A stretch of 64,000 nt of DNA from the NCBI GenBank assembly GCA_050173015.1, contig JBFXLE010000004.1, positions 192,001 through 256,000 on the forward strand, given 5' to 3'. The notes beneath the pieces were generated by a model that was given only the letters and a program-made list of their open reading frames with translations, was not told the origin of the DNA and searched no databases. The DNA comes from Calditrichaceae bacterium (GTDB taxonomy: Bacteria > Calditrichota > Calditrichia > Calditrichales > JBFXGD01). Shown one piece after another: positions 1 through 9,994 of the stretch (the first letter of the stretch is position 1; each line of letters starts with the position of its first letter). The position numbers and the translations under genes are program-made.

Positions 1-206
1 TTTCATATCGGATTCCTGTCTGAAAACGGAATGAGAAATATTACAAAGCGCGCCGCTATGTAACAAGAGTAAAATTAATATATATTATGATTCGTGGGAC
101 GTTGTCTTGCCGGGGCACGCGGAAAGTTAACTATACATTCCGAATGCGGGATGAACGATTTCGGTCAATTTTCAAATTAGGGAATGCAATTTATATAAAA
201 ATCAAT

Positions 207-242
207 CAGCCGAATGATTAATTCATGAAAATCATTCGGCTG
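207..242. terminator. 13-bp perfect hairpin downstream of the sigma factor gene; probable terminator
   Basis: cagccgaatgatt ... aatcattcggctg inverted repeat ~120 bp after the stop codon. Confidence 0.5.
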
Positions 243-361
243 TGATAAAATTAAATATCATTATACTTGAGATCAGGCAGACACCTGCGGCAAATCGGGT
301 CTGATATCAGAGAATCGATAGGCCAATTCTGAAACGTCCGATAAATTATAATCCAAAAAGT

Positions 362-1192
362 TTACCCCAGATACTGGCGCAGCACTTTACTACGTGAATT
401 CTGCCGTAGTTTCATCAGGGCTTTTTCCTTGATCTGCCTTATCCGTTCCCGTGTCAGTTTGAATTCTATTCCGACTTCTTCCAGTGTTCTTGCTTTTTTT
501 CCATCCAGGCCAAAATATAATCTTAATATCTTGGCTTCGCGACTCGTCAATCCTTCTAAAAGATGTCTTACTTCTTCTCTTAATGATTCATCCATCAACT
601 CAGACTCAGGAGTCACATCGTCATGATCCTGGATCACATCTATCAGACGGCTGTTGCTGTTCGATAAAATGGGTGAATCAATTGAGCTCACACGGGCGGC
701 TTTTTTGACCGTATAGGTGATTTCATTAGGGTCCATTTCCAGTATACCGGCAATTTCTTCATTGGTAGGGGAGCGCTCTAATTCCTGTTCAAGTTTACTG
801 TAAACCTTGCCCATTTTTGTCAGGGTACCAACCCGGTTTAGAGGTAAACGGATCATTCTGGTCTTTTCGGCGATGGCCTGTAAAATGGATTGTCTGATCC
901 ACCATACGGCATAAGAGATAAACTTAAATCCGCGTGTTTCATCAAACCGATACGCGGCTTTTATTAGCCCCAGGTTTCCTTCATTGATCAGATCTTCCAA
1001 AGATAATCCGTGATTTTGATATGATTTAGCAACGCTGACTACAAATCTTAGATTGGCATTTACTAATATTTTAAGGGCTTTTTGGTCATTTTGTTTAATT
1101 CTTCGCGCGAGTTCTATTTCTTCATCAGGTGTAATTAGTTGAATCTCGCTGATTTCTTTGTAATAGTTCTCTAAAGAATGTTTGTTATCCAA
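362..1192 (-). CDS. RNA polymerase sigma-70 factor, RpoD/SigA family (short form lacking region 1.1)
   Basis: ANLRFVVSVAK, DLINEGNLGL, KFISYAVWWIRQ, TLEEVG..LTRERIRQI; TTG start with GAGG upstream. Confidence 0.95.
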   Translation of the reverse strand: MDNKHSLENYYKEISEIQLITPDEEIELARRIKQNDQKALKILVNANLRFVVSVAKSYQNHGLSLEDLINEGNLGLIKAAYRFDETRGFKFISYAVWWIRQSILQAIAEKTRMIRLPLNRVGTLTKMGKVYSKLEQELERSPTNEEIAGILEMDPNEITYTVKKAARVSSIDSPILSNSNSRLIDVIQDHDDVTPESELMDESLREEVRHLLEGLTSREAKILRLYFGLDGKKARTLEEVGIEFKLTRERIRQIKEKALMKLRQNSRSKVLRQYLG

Positions 1193-1601
1193 ATTATTGT
1201 TGCCTCATTTTATATTGTTAATGGCGACTGAAGTATCATTTTTTTAGGAGTGAATACTCAATTCAAGTTTGCTTTTCATTCAGTCTGAATATTTGAGTTT
1301 CCGATCATCAAATCACTGTCTTTTTTACAGATATTTGATAAAGAAAAAATCAAGATACGAATTTTTTGTCCGTAAAACGATTTTTTTTTATTTTCAATCC
1401 TGAAAAACTATCTACAGTCAACGATGTTTTCTTAATAAATGTTTCCGATAAATGCAAATAATTTAAATGTTTTTGTATGCCCGGAGCGAATTATTAGTTT
1501 CTCAACATGGTTGGAGTGATGATTGGCGGCTTTTAGAGGGAATTTACGCGGATATTCATGTTTTTAATTCTTTACCTAAAAATTAAAATAATAGGCGTTA
1601 T

Positions 1602-2540
1602 TTAAAATATTGAAATCCCGGTTATGGTGGTAAACAGTTCCAGAGCTTTGGTGCCCGCCAGTGAATTTCCGCTACGATCAAGACCGGGAGACCAAACGCA
1701 GATACTGAATTTTTCCGGCATGATGGCGAGGATACCACCACCAACTCCACTTTTGCATGGCAGACCAACGCGATAAGCGAAATCACCCACCGCGTCATAG
1801 GTTCCGCAGGTTAGCATGAGTGAGTTAATATATTTTGCCCGGTTGGCGGAAATAATTGATTTTTTATTCCATGTCAGTTTACCGCCGTTTGCCAGGTATA
1901 GACCGGCGCGGGCCACTTCATCACAGGTCATCGAAATCGAACAGTGATGAAAATAAGCATCCAGCACCGTTTCCGCGTCATTTTTTAAATTGCCGAAGCT
2001 TTTCAGAAAATAAGCCATGGCTGAATTACGGTATCCGCTCATTTTTTCTGATTTTGCCACGGTCAGATCAAAGTCTATTTCTGATTCATCACTTACTGAT
2101 CTGACAAAATCAAGAACCGTCTGTTTGGCGTTTTCCAGATGGGATAGTATAATATCCGTTACTACAATCGCCCCGGCGTTGATAAACGGGTTCCGGGGGA
2201 TACCCTTTTCATACTCAAGCTGGACCAGTGAATTAAAAGCGGTGCCGGATGGCTCCCTTCCAATGCGCTTCCAAATATTATTTCCTTCAAACTGCATGGC
2301 CATGGTCAGGGAAAACACTTTAGAGATACTCTGAATAGAAAATTTTTCCGCTGAATCCCCGACGCGATATTGCTCACCGTCAACCGTATGTACAGCCATA
2401 CCGAACTTTCCTGGAGAAATATGCGCCAGTTCGGGAATATAATCCGCCACATGGCCCTGATTTAGCAAGGGTTGAACCTGCTGATATATTTCTTCCAGAA
2501 TTTTAGAATAATCCATTCCCGCCTCATTATTTTTCTGCAT
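1602..2540 (-). CDS. glsA: Glutaminase
   Basis: VADYIPEL, FSIQSISKVF, NPFINAGAI, PCKSGVGGG. Confidence 0.95.
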   Translation of the reverse strand: MQKNNEAGMDYSKILEEIYQQVQPLLNQGHVADYIPELAHISPGKFGMAVHTVDGEQYRVGDSAEKFSIQSISKVFSLTMAMQFEGNNIWKRIGREPSGTAFNSLVQLEYEKGIPRNPFINAGAIVVTDIILSHLENAKQTVLDFVRSVSDESEIDFDLTVAKSEKMSGYRNSAMAYFLKSFGNLKNDAETVLDAYFHHCSISMTCDEVARAGLYLANGGKLTWNKKSIISANRAKYINSLMLTCGTYDAVGDFAYRVGLPCKSGVGGGILAIMPEKFSICVWSPGLDRSGNSLAGTKALELFTTITGISIF

Positions 2541-2659
2541 TCTTGCTTCCCATTTCTGGCACCGAATACCGCGCCTATCTTTTATCTTTTATCTTTTTTC
2601 TTTTTTCTTCATTTTTTACTTCCTACTTCCTACTTCCTACTTCTTACTTTGCTTCCCCA

Positions 2660-2832
2660 CACCGGCCTTCAGAAAAAATCGATGGAAATTCAGGTGAGCG
2701 GAACGTCAGAAATTCTTGCTGTCTGAGCCCATAGGGCGAGTTTAAGAATTTCAGTGCAGCGAGCCGTAGAATATCCCGATTTTTTCTGACAGCCTTGATC
2801 TTTTGGTTCTTTTCCATCAAGGGAAAAGAACA
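2660..2832 (-). repeat. Structured non-coding element with nested hairpins; same family as module B of the 4.6-5.9 kb array
   Basis: Stems cagaaaaaatcg/cgattttttctg, gaaattctt/aagaatttc, gccc/gggc and gttcttttcc/ggaaaagaac; flanked by heptamer runs. Confidence 0.7.
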
Positions 2833-3081
2833 TAGAAGCCTCCAATACAGGAGATGACCAGTTCCCTGCAACTAACTTCAACATGTCATTCAGGAGGAAG
2901 CCCTTTCTTTGTTTGAATAAATATCCAGAGCAAGCAGAAGATTCCTCTATCTAAAATCCGCCTCTGGCGGGCAGGATGACGTGCTGCGGCAGTCGTCAAG
3001 CGCGGGCACGCCTACTCTTAACTCATAACTCTTTTCTCTTAACTCTTAACTTTTCTTACTTCCCACTTCCTACTTCCCACT

Positions 3082-4551
3082 TCACCTTAGCAGCAGCATC
3101 TTTCGAGAGACAGCGCCGGCGTTATCAGTCTGCAAACGGTAGATATATATCCCGCTTGGCAGGGGCTTTCCGAATTCGTCCAGTCCATCCCATGTTACAC
3201 GAAATTCACCGGGACCGGTGTTCCCATGAAAAAGTACACGGACTTTTTCACCGATCGTGTTATAAACTGTAACACGGACCCGGGATGACTTTTCCAGAAC
3301 ATATTTTATATGCGTTTCTGGATTGAACGGATTCGGGTAATTTTGAGACAAGTGAAACCTATTCGGGTGGTTCTCCGGATGTCCGGCGGAGGTCTGTGTC
3401 GCGGGAAAAAACATCAGCAGGGCATCATCGATATGCGCCCGCCAGAATCCCCAGCTGTGTCCTTCATGATATTCATTATATATATAGGTATAACCCTTTT
3501 CATCAATCACGGGTATGAAATTCCTTACAAGTGGAATCAGCGACGGGATATCGTAAGTGCCAAGATCCATATAAATTTTGAGATCAAGCGTCGGTCCCGT
3601 CTGAAATCCAATATGGATTTTGGTCTGGATATTGCTTGACTGCGCCGCGACGTTTCCGAATATCTCCGGATGAGAAAGAGCCAGCCAGAGAGCGATATTG
3701 CCGCCGTTGGACGCGCCCATAACCGCAAAATTATCCGGCGCGGGTAGGGTACGGAATCGCCGGTTTATCCAGGGGACCACTTCTTCGGTAATAAACAGAG
3801 TAAACTCATCCTGCAGCGTCCCGGCATATTCATCTGTGCGGTTTACCGGCGGAATAAATACACCGATGACCGGTTTGATATATCCTCTGTTAATCATGTA
3901 ATCCAGAACATTGTTAGCATTGGCCAGCGAGATATATTCAAGACCATCATTAAATATTATCACAGGACAGCGTTCAGAAGAAGAGTTGTAAAATGGAGGT
4001 AGATAAACTCGGATTTTACGTGAATTGTTGAGATTCGCGCTATAGAAGGTAGTATCGATCAGGGTGCCGTGAGATAGTTCCGGTCGATAATTAATCTCCT
4101 CAGGGAAAATATAACCGGGCATCCGCAGCTCTGAATTCGGGCCATAACCGCCTGTAACCGTCAGCGGATTTCTGGGGTCCAGAATCCAGTTGGAGCCGTT
4201 CAGCACAAATTTATAGTCAAGCCGGGCGTCATTTTCATACACTACGGATTTAGACCAAAAATTAGTTCCGCTGATTCTGCCCATCGGTGATTCCGAGATC
4301 GACCACGAATTGGCGTCTCCGGGGATGGACACGCTGTTCACATTCCCCGTATAGATAAAATGCGCCAGGGTATCGTTTTCGATATAGGGGAAAGAAGGAA
4401 CCGTTGTCAGGAAACTGTCAATCTTCGCCTGACGTTCATTTTCAGGCAGGGAGTTCACATAGGTGACAAATTCATCAAATGACTGCGCCTGAAGCAGGGC
4501 AGTAAATAATGCAAAAAAAATGATTAAAATATGACTTCTCATTCTTAACAT
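3082..4551 (-). CDS. Secreted alpha/beta-hydrolase (Fes/enterochelin-esterase-like) with N-terminal Ig/CBM48-like domain and C-terminal FlgD/T9SS-A-like domain
   Basis: Signal peptide; YKFVLNG..WILDP.N; GASNGG nucleophile elbow; [27 protein letters not shown]. Confidence 0.85.
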   Translation of the reverse strand: MLRMRSHILIIFFALFTALLQAQSFDEFVTYVNSLPENERQAKIDSFLTTVPSFPYIENDTLAHFIYTGNVNSVSIPGDANSWSISESPMGRISGTNFWSKSVVYENDARLDYKFVLNGSNWILDPRNPLTVTGGYGPNSELRMPGYIFPEEINYRPELSHGTLIDTTFYSANLNNSRKIRVYLPPFYNSSSERCPVIIFNDGLEYISLANANNVLDYMINRGYIKPVIGVFIPPVNRTDEYAGTLQDEFTLFITEEVVPWINRRFRTLPAPDNFAVMGASNGGNIALWLALSHPEIFGNVAAQSSNIQTKIHIGFQTGPTLDLKIYMDLGTYDIPSLIPLVRNFIPVIDEKGYTYIYNEYHEGHSWGFWRAHIDDALLMFFPATQTSAGHPENHPNRFHLSQNYPNPFNPETHIKYVLEKSSRVRVTVYNTIGEKVRVLFHGNTGPGEFRVTWDGLDEFGKPLPSGIYIYRLQTDNAGAVSRKMLLLR

Positions 4552-4620
4552 CTCATACTCCAGATTTCTAAGTTTATTAAATGATTCTCTTAGACCGGAT
4601 TTTATTTTGGCTGATTAAAA

Positions 4621-5925
4621 CATAGCTGAAATCCATCTCTTTTATCTTTTTTCCTAATTCCACCTGCCGCCGGAGGTGACGCGGCTTTGTAGAGCATGGA
4701 ATCCCGATGTCATTGTTCGACCCCGACGGGGTCGTGGGATGTCGCGGGGTCCGTTTTTCTACAAAAATGTCATCCCTTCGGGATTACAAACTCAATTTTT
4801 CGTGGTTAACTGCATTCGGTCCGTCCCTACTCTTAACTCTTAACTCTTTTCTCTTAACGCTCTTAATCTTTTTTCTTAAAATTCCTACTTCCTACTTCCT
4901 ACTTCTTACTTTTCTTTTTTCTTCCTACTTTTTGAAGGCTAAAAAGTAGCAAAAAGCCCCGGCGAATTTTAACTCGTGTATCATTCAGCCATTTTTCAAT
5001 TTCTTCCACTCGAACAGAAAATTCGCCCAAAAGGATCCCGCAACACCATAGCTGAATCTTCAACTCTTAATTCTTTTTTCTTTTGTCTTTTTTCCTAATT
5101 TCACCTGCCGCCGGAGGCGACGCGGCTTTGTAGAGCATGGAATCCCGATGTCATTGTTCGACCCCGACGGGGTCGCGGGATGTCGCGGGGTCCGTTTTTC
5201 TACAAAAATGTCATCCCTTCGGGATTACAAACTCAATTTTTCGTGGTTAACTGCATTCGGTCCGTCCCTACTCTTAACTCTTAACTCTTTTCTCTTAACG
5301 CTCTTAATCTTTTTTCTTAAAATTCCTACTTCCTACTTCTTACTTCTTACTTCCTACTTTTCTTTCTCTCCCTACTTTTTGAATGGCCAAAAAGTAGCAA
5401 AAAGCCCTGGCGAATTTTAACTCGTGTAAAATTTATCCGTTTTTAAATTTACTCCACTCGGACAGAAAATTCGCCCCAAAGAATCCCGCAACACCATAGC
5501 TGAATCTTCAACTCTTAATTCTTTTTTCTTTTGTCTTTTTTCCTAATTTCACCTGCCGCCGGAGGTGACGCGGCTTTGTAGAGCATGGAATCCCGATGTC
5601 ATTGTTCGACCCCGACGGGGTCGCGGGATGTCGCGGGGTCCGTTTTTCTACAAAAATGTCATCCCTTCGGGATTACAAACTCAATTTTTCGTGGTTAACT
5701 GCATTCGGTCCGTCCCTACTCTTAACTCTTAACTCTTTTCTCTTAACGCTCTTAATCTTTTTTCTTAAAATTCCTACTTCCTACTTCCTACTTTTTGAAG
5801 GCTAAAAAGTAGCAAAAAGCCCCGGCGAATTTTAACTCGTGTATCATTCAGCCATTTTTCAATTTCTTCCACTCGAACAGAAAATTCGCCCCAAAGAATC
5901 CCGCTACACAATAGTTGAATCTGAA
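4621..5925. repeat. Three tandem copies of a ~441-448 bp non-coding palindromic unit
   Basis: Near-identical blocks with equivalent positions at 4707, 5148 and 5596. Confidence 0.95.
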
Positions 5926-5972
5926 TCTCCAACTCTTTTTTCTTTTATCTTTTTTCTTTTTTCTTATCATTC

Positions 5973-6620
5973 CTACTTGGCCAACTCTACATCCGACTGA
6001 TCCAGAATGTCCTGCAAACGATTTAAATATCTCGATACATGTAGCGCGTCCATTAGGGAATGATGGACTTCAACAGAAATAGGCATCATTAACCGACCGT
6101 TTTTAGTCTGATATTTTCCAAACACGATTTTCGGGATGGAATCTTCGCGTCCAAAACGCCGGGAATGCGAAAGACCGGTGAATGCAATCCAGGGAATCAC
6201 CGAATAATGAATCATATTATCATCATTGGCCCGCGCATCCAGTGACTGTTTGTCTTCACTGTTTTTCCGGAGAACCGACGTCATTTCACTTTTGAAGTCA
6301 TCAAAGGAATCATGGAAATCAAAATAACAAAAACTGAAAGTTTCGTTATCATTCATTACGGTGGAACCCGCGTGAATCCTGTCATATATAATGACCTGGT
6401 CATTTTTTATGCGGTACCGGAATTCTTCCACTTCATTTACCGCTTTTTGTGAAGCGAAAAGGGACGCGATAAAAAAGGAAATGTTTTTTTCTTTCGTAAA
6501 CTTCATCAGAGCCGTTATATCGACTTCGGTGCAGATATTAAAGAAAGGGTTATCGTAATCTTTAAAAAACAGATATTGTTCCCTGCGACTCCAGCTATTC
6601 ATATCAAGAATTTTATACAT
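5973..6620 (-). CDS. Chloramphenicol acetyltransferase (CatA-like) family protein
   Basis: W.RRE...FF, YSVIPW..F, IPKIVFGK, VHHSLMDALH catalytic motif. Confidence 0.85.
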   Translation of the reverse strand: MYKILDMNSWSRREQYLFFKDYDNPFFNICTEVDITALMKFTKEKNISFFIASLFASQKAVNEVEEFRYRIKNDQVIIYDRIHAGSTVMNDNETFSFCYFDFHDSFDDFKSEMTSVLRKNSEDKQSLDARANDDNMIHYSVIPWIAFTGLSHSRRFGREDSIPKIVFGKYQTKNGRLMMPISVEVHHSLMDALHVSRYLNRLQDILDQSDVELAK

Positions 6621-7062
6621 TTACATACGCCGATCACATAAATTTTGTGTTTTTGTTGTAATATTTATTAAAAATTTAACGACGGCGGTTATAAGAAACA
6701 AACGTTTTAATCAATTGGCCACGCCGGTATCCGGATAAAGCCGGTAGTTAATATATTTTCTCCAAATAATTTTTGTTTTTCACCAACTTATGACTATATT
6801 CAGGATTCGCTAACAACCGGTGTATTCCAAACCGGGGCTGATCACGCAGAGTTGGCGGCAGATTTGATGAACTGAAAGGTAAGACCCTCCGGCAAATATC
6901 CCTTTTCTGACTTTCATTATCCGTTCACTGCCTGATTCAGAAAAACATTTTTTTGGAAAAGTCAGGGACAATCACGATTATTTTCATCGGAATGTCCGCT
7001 GATCATTACGCGATGTTGTTGGTATAATTTTATAGTACTTTTATTTAATGTAATGGAAAAAT

Positions 7063-8676
7063 ATGAACGAATTTAAAGATCTCGGTCTCTCAGATAAAAC
7101 GCTAAAGGCGATCCATCAAAAAGGATTTGAGGAGCCGACCGAAATACAAAGATTAACCATACCGCTGCTGCTTGAAAATAAACTGGATATTATCGCCCAG
7201 GCTCAGACCGGAACCGGGAAAACCGCGGCGTTTGCCTTACCGCTTATCGAAAATATCCGTGAATCAGGAAGGGATGTTCAGGCGATTATTCTGGCACCGA
7301 CGAGAGAACTTGTTATCCAGGTTTGTGAAGAAATCAATGCTCTTAAAGGGGAGAATCGTCTGGTTGTCGCGCCGATATACGGCGGTCAGTCCATTGAGCT
7401 TCAGCTCAAAAAATTAAAAAGAGGCATTTCCGTGGTAGTAGGTACCCCGGGCAGAATTCTTGATCATCTCAAACGCAGAAGTCTCGATCTGTCAAATATC
7501 CGATATTTTATTCTTGACGAAGCGGATGAAATGCTCAATATGGGCTTTATTGACGATATTGAGAAAATTCTTCAATCCACACCCCAGGAAAAACGTGTGC
7601 TGCTGTTTTCCGCGACCATGCCCGCTCCCATAAAAAAATTAGCTGAAAAATACATGGGAAAATACACTCATGTAAAAACCAAGACGGAATTGACGACAAA
7701 GCTGACAGATCAGATTTATTTTGAAGTGTCAAGGCAGGATAAATTTGAAGCCCTGAGCAGGATTGTGGACATCGAAAGCGATTTCTATGGATTAGTCTTT
7801 TGCAGAACCAAGGTAGAAGTGGGCGAAATCGCCAATAAACTGATTGAAAGAGGGTATGCCGCGGACGGTCTGCACGGTGATATTTCACAGTCGATGCGCG
7901 AAAGTATTCTCGCGCGATTCAGGAAAAAAAAGATATCCATCCTGGTTGCCACCGATGTTGCCGCGAGAGGCATTGACGTCGCCAACCTGACGCATGTCAT
8001 CAATTATTCACTGCCGCAGAATCCTGAATCCTATATCCATCGAATTGGAAGAACGGGCAGAGCGGGGAGTCAGGGAACAGCCATCACTTTTGTGACTCCG
8101 GATGAATTTAAAAATCTGGGCTTTATCAAGCGCGTCGCCAATGTTGACATCCGCAAAAAAGAAGTACCAAATATCAGCCAGATTGTCAACGCGAAAATGA
8201 AGAAAATTACGGATGACCTGAGAACGGTGCTGTCTGATAATAATCTTGAAGACTATCGTGAATGGGTTGCGCAACTTACCGCGAATAATTCACCGGAAGA
8301 TATTCTGGCGGCTATTCTGAAATATTCATACGGAAAGCAGCTGGATTCCAGGAATTACCGTGAATTGAGACCCATTTTAAAAAACACGGAGCGGAAGAGG
8401 GGCAGAACCTTGGTGGAGGAAGAGGGGAAAACAAGGCTGTTTATCGCCAAAGGGAAAAATGGCCAGACGACGACGGCAAAACTGCTGGATTTTATCACCA
8501 GAAAAACGGGTACCCCGAAAAATCTGATAGAAAACATAGAGATCTATGATGATTTCTCCTTCATCACAGTACCATTCGCCGAAGCGGAATTTATTCTGAA
8601 GAAATTCAGAAAAATTAAAGTGGGGAGAAGATCAATCGTAATGAAAGCCAAAACAGAAGGCAGAAGCAGAAGGTAA
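7063..8676 (+). CDS. DEAD-box RNA helicase (DeaD/CshA type) with C-terminal DbpA-type RNA-binding domain
   Basis: AQTGTGKT, PTREL, TPGR, DEAD, SAT, ARGID, HRIGRTGR. Confidence 0.95.
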   Translation: MNEFKDLGLSDKTLKAIHQKGFEEPTEIQRLTIPLLLENKLDIIAQAQTGTGKTAAFALPLIENIRESGRDVQAIILAPTRELVIQVCEEINALKGENRLVVAPIYGGQSIELQLKKLKRGISVVVGTPGRILDHLKRRSLDLSNIRYFILDEADEMLNMGFIDDIEKILQSTPQEKRVLLFSATMPAPIKKLAEKYMGKYTHVKTKTELTTKLTDQIYFEVSRQDKFEALSRIVDIESDFYGLVFCRTKVEVGEIANKLIERGYAADGLHGDISQSMRESILARFRKKKISILVATDVAARGIDVANLTHVINYSLPQNPESYIHRIGRTGRAGSQGTAITFVTPDEFKNLGFIKRVANVDIRKKEVPNISQIVNAKMKKITDDLRTVLSDNNLEDYREWVAQLTANNSPEDILAAILKYSYGKQLDSRNYRELRPILKNTERKRGRTLVEEEGKTRLFIAKGKNGQTTTAKLLDFITRKTGTPKNLIENIEIYDDFSFITVPFAEAEFILKKFRKIKVGRRSIVMKAKTEGRSRR

Positions 8677-8777
8677 GTTCAAAAAAGCCCAACGGGTAAT
8701 GTGGAGCCGCATTGCCCGGTGGATTTATGCATCCAAAGCTATAACTAAAATAAAGACGATTGCCAAAAGATATCATC

Positions 8778-9861
8778 TTAAGAACGAAAACTCGCGCGAA
8801 GTACAAAATAGCCGACAACGCCCGAGACAAGTGAACCCAGGATAATACCCAGCCTCTCATCAAACAATAAATTAACACCCGTTTCTTCAAAGGCGAGGGA
8901 GCCGATAAACAGGCTCATGGTAAAACATACACCGCACAACAAAGCCGTACTGTACAACGACATCCAGGACATTCCGGAGGCAATCTGGTAAATTTTAGTT
9001 TAATGCAAAGCCAGCACATCCCAAAAACCCCGACCTGTTTGCCTATAAATAAGCCGAGGGCAATACCCATCGGAACTGTGTGAAAAAATTGTTCAGAACC
9101 AATATCAAGAAAACTTAATCCCGCATTTGCAAACGCGAAGACGGGCAAGACAAAAAAAGCGACTACTGTATGAAGATCGTGCTCCAAACTTTTCAGGGGC
9201 GAATAATGAGGCTCGGTTTTAGATTTTATGGGAATAAACATAGCCACTATCACACCGGTAAGTATCGCGTGAACACCCGATTTTAACATTGCCACCCACA
9301 TTATGACCCCGACCGGCAAAAACGCGCTTTTTGATTCCGTCCCGCGTTTACTTAGAAAGAAAAGCATGGATACACAAGAAGCAACGACCAAAAGGGCGTT
9401 AAATGATATAGATGCTGTGTAGAAAAGGGCTATTATTAAAATAGCGCCTATATCATCAAATATTGCTAGCGAAGTGAGAAATACCTTAATGCCGGCAGGA
9501 ACTCTTGACCCGAGCAAAGATAATATGCCCAGTGCAAAAGTAATATCGGTCGCCGCGGGAATTGCCCAGCCTTTTATGGCCACGGGATCTCCCGCGTTAA
9601 AATAAGCATAAATTAAGGCCGGTAGCAACATGCCGCCAATCGCCCCAATAAACCATCATTAATCCAGAGTAATAGTGGTTTCGCTATCTCAAACACGCCA
9701 ACCCGAATTACAACGGGAGTATCAAGAAGCAATGTGAATTAAGATTGCAGGGGTGTATTTGCCAGCAACATGGCAAGCGCAGCGGTGAACATAAGCATAA
9801 TGCCGCCGGCAAATTCGAGTTTGAAAAAGCTTGCTATGAAAGATTCATTGTTATTGTTCAT
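8778..9861 (-). pseudogene. nhaA: Na+/H+ antiporter NhaA, disrupted
   Basis: ATG 9861 MNNNNESF..AGGIML..LANTP, in-frame TAA, WINDGL joined almost directly to GAIGGM (deletion), GWAIPAATD, LAIFDD, frameshift near 8970 before GVCFTMSLFI. Confidence 0.9.
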
Positions 9862-9994
9862 GGTATTCCATCCATTCCGGATATGAAAAATTCGAACAGA
9901 CACTGTTTGGTAGCGCTTAGTAACACGTAATTTCTGAAATTTATCATTATTGTGTTGTTTAACTCTTAGCCGCTGTAATTAAGGGAATCGCGTC

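Noticed and set aside
4707-5805. Three near-identical short ORFs (MSLFDPDGV...)
   Set aside because: They run through palindromes and heptamer tracts (LLTLNS, PTSYFLL) and end at different points; these are by-products of the repeat.
4621-5925. Possible CRISPR array
   Set aside because: Units are ~445 bp and nearly identical throughout, with no short repeat/unique spacer pattern and no cas genes.
5973-6620. Mobile antibiotic-resistance determinant
   Set aside because: CatA-like fold is clear, but there is no attC or transposase next to it and activity on chloramphenicol cannot be inferred from sequence.
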